Below are positions 61,976 through 64,000 of a stretch of 64,000 nucleotides of DNA, in pieces. Source of the stretch: Octopus sinensis (taxonomy: Eukaryota); contig NC_043019.1 of the NCBI RefSeq assembly GCF_006345805.1, positions 13,205,360-13,269,359 on the forward strand, written 5' to 3'. The position numbers and the translations under genes were made by a program. Position 1 is the stretch's first letter; every line of letters begins with the position of its first letter. The notes under the pieces are model-generated. The model searched no databases. It had not been told where the DNA came from and worked only from the letters and a program-made list of their open reading frames with translations.

Positions 61976-62809
61976 TCATATACGGATACACACACACACA
62001 CGTATATATAGCATACTGTTGGTGCAGGCCTTGTTGGTGGCTACATTTGCTCCCTAACTGCGTGGTTTGTAGTTTCAGTTCCACTGCATGACACCTTGAG
62101 CGAGTGTCTTCTATAGCCCCACACTGACCAAGACCTTGCAGTTGGATTTGAGAGATGGGAAACTAAAAGAAGCCTAATATATATATCTGCATCCATATCT
62201 CCCTGCATGTGTTTGTGTGTGTGTATATACATGTACATATATTTATATATATATATAGGTATACATGTCTATCTTACATCTATGTATATATGCGTGTTCA
62301 TCTCCTCTTGACATCAATGATGGTTATTAGCAAGCATCTTTCTCATACAAATGGTGACCTTCTGTTTCTTGTATTCTGTGAATACATGTCTGGTTATGGG
62401 GGAAATATTACCTTGCTTCCAAACAGGTAAGAGTTGGCACCAAGGACAACTGGCTGTAGAAAATCCACTTCGGGGAATTCTGTCCCACCCATGACAGCGT
62501 GGAAGAATGGACGTTAAACCTATAATAATGATGATCATGATGATCACACAGACAATTATTCACATACATATCATCATCATCACCATCATCACCATCACCA
62601 TCACCATCATCATCATCACCACCACCATCATTATCTCTATGCCCGTTCTTTCCATGTATGCGTGCTTAACAGGTACTTTGACCCTGAAAGATTGAAAGGC
62701 AAAATTGACCTTGGCCAAATTTGAACTCTGAATGTAAAGATGGATGATATGCTGTTAAGAATTTTACCTAGCGTGCTTAATGATTCTGTTACCTCACCAT
62801 TTTGATAAC

Positions 62810-62849
<40 letters not shown>

Positions 62850-63093
62850 AGACTACTCGGAGAGCGCAAACTTCCACCAAGGCAACACCAACATCCTCTT
62901 AATGATTAACCAGAGAGGATTTTTAAAAATGAGAATATCTGAAATAAACTCGATTCCACTCACAAACGAGAATACTAAAAAGGAACCTGACCGCTCTCAG
63001 AAATTAAGTAAAAAAACAGGAAAAATAATCCAGAATCCTTGTCTGGTACCAGATCAATCCCAAAATCCCATCAGTTTGTGCCAGTTACTCGTA

Positions 63094-63506
63094 ACTCTTT
63101 TACTCTTTTACTTGTTTCAGTCATTTGACTGCGGCTATGCTGGAGCACCACCTATAGTCGACCAAATCGACCCCCAGGACTTATTCTTTGTAAGCCTAGT
63201 ACTTATTCTATCGGTCTCTTTTGCCGAACCGCTAAGTAACGGGGACGTAAACACACCAGCATCGGTTGTCAAGCAATGCTTGGGGGACAAACACAGACAC
63301 ACAAACACACACGCACGCACACATATATATATATAAATATATACGACAGGCTTCTTTCAGTTTCCGTCTACCAAATACACTCACAAGGCATTGGTCGGCC
63401 CGGGGCTATAGCAGAAGACAGTTGCCCAAGGTGCCACGCAGTAGGACTGAACCCGGAACCATGTGATTGGTTAGCAAGCTACTTACCACACAGCCACTCC
63501 TGCGCC
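63094..63506 (-). mobile_element. SINE S1, full length
   Basis: Reverse complement of 29195-29612. Confidence 0.85.
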
Positions 63507-64000
63507 AAACATCCCCCAAAATTTCATCCGAATCCATCCAGCGGTTCTTGAGATATCTTGTCCATGGACAAACAAACTATTACAACTGAAAACAATACCT
63601 CCGCCTTAGCGAAGGCAGAGGTAATAATCAAAATGCAAATTGCTTTAACCCGTTCCTCAGTTAAAGAGAGGCTGAGCCGATATCGTTTCTGTTACCATAA
63701 CAACAACAAGCCAAGAGACTGGTGTGAATAAACCATATAAAACCGAATGGTAAGAAATCAATGGAATGATGAAGTCATCTCTCTGTTGTTGCTATCCATC
63801 CCAGTTGGCCCAGGAAATCTGCCAAGAATACATTCAAATGGTTCTTATGCACACATGCACACACAAGCATGTATATGTGTGTGTATATATATATATGTAT
63901 ATAAATATATGCAGACATGTGTGTGTTTGTGTTTATATATACTCTTTTCGTCTTTTATTCTTTTACTTGTTTCAGTCATGTGATTGTGGCCATGCTGGAG

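Overview
AT-rich, repeat-dense eukaryotic DNA. The tRNA-derived SINE families, RTE-LINE ends and long (TA)n/(CA)n/(TATG)n/(TAA)n tracts match what I know of coleoid cephalopod (Octopus-type) genomes; this assignment is an inference. No complete protein-coding gene is present, and almost all ORFs in the supplied track are microsatellite artefacts. The best gene signal is a putative 5' end on the minus strand: a 5'UTR exon ending at a GTAAGT donor (60722), a 651-nt intron, and an exon (60071-59548) encoding a basic + poly-Leu signal peptide/anchor that ends at a CAG|GTCAGT phase-1 donor. If this is real, most of the window is one very large intron. The rest is a mosaic of SINEs, RTE-LINE and mariner remnants, one Helitron, piggyBac/hAT/mariner-type MITEs, mini/microsatellites and a 100-N gap. 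The most interesting signal is two different short non-coding repeat families carrying minimal type-I hammerhead ribozyme motifs of the Penelope/retrozyme kind. One is a ~200-bp family lying in (TA)n tracts (3 copies, one with an essentially intact core at 9938-9972). The other is a tRNA-headed, Pol III-type element with an inverted duplicated arm and a hammerhead in each arm (20461-20924).
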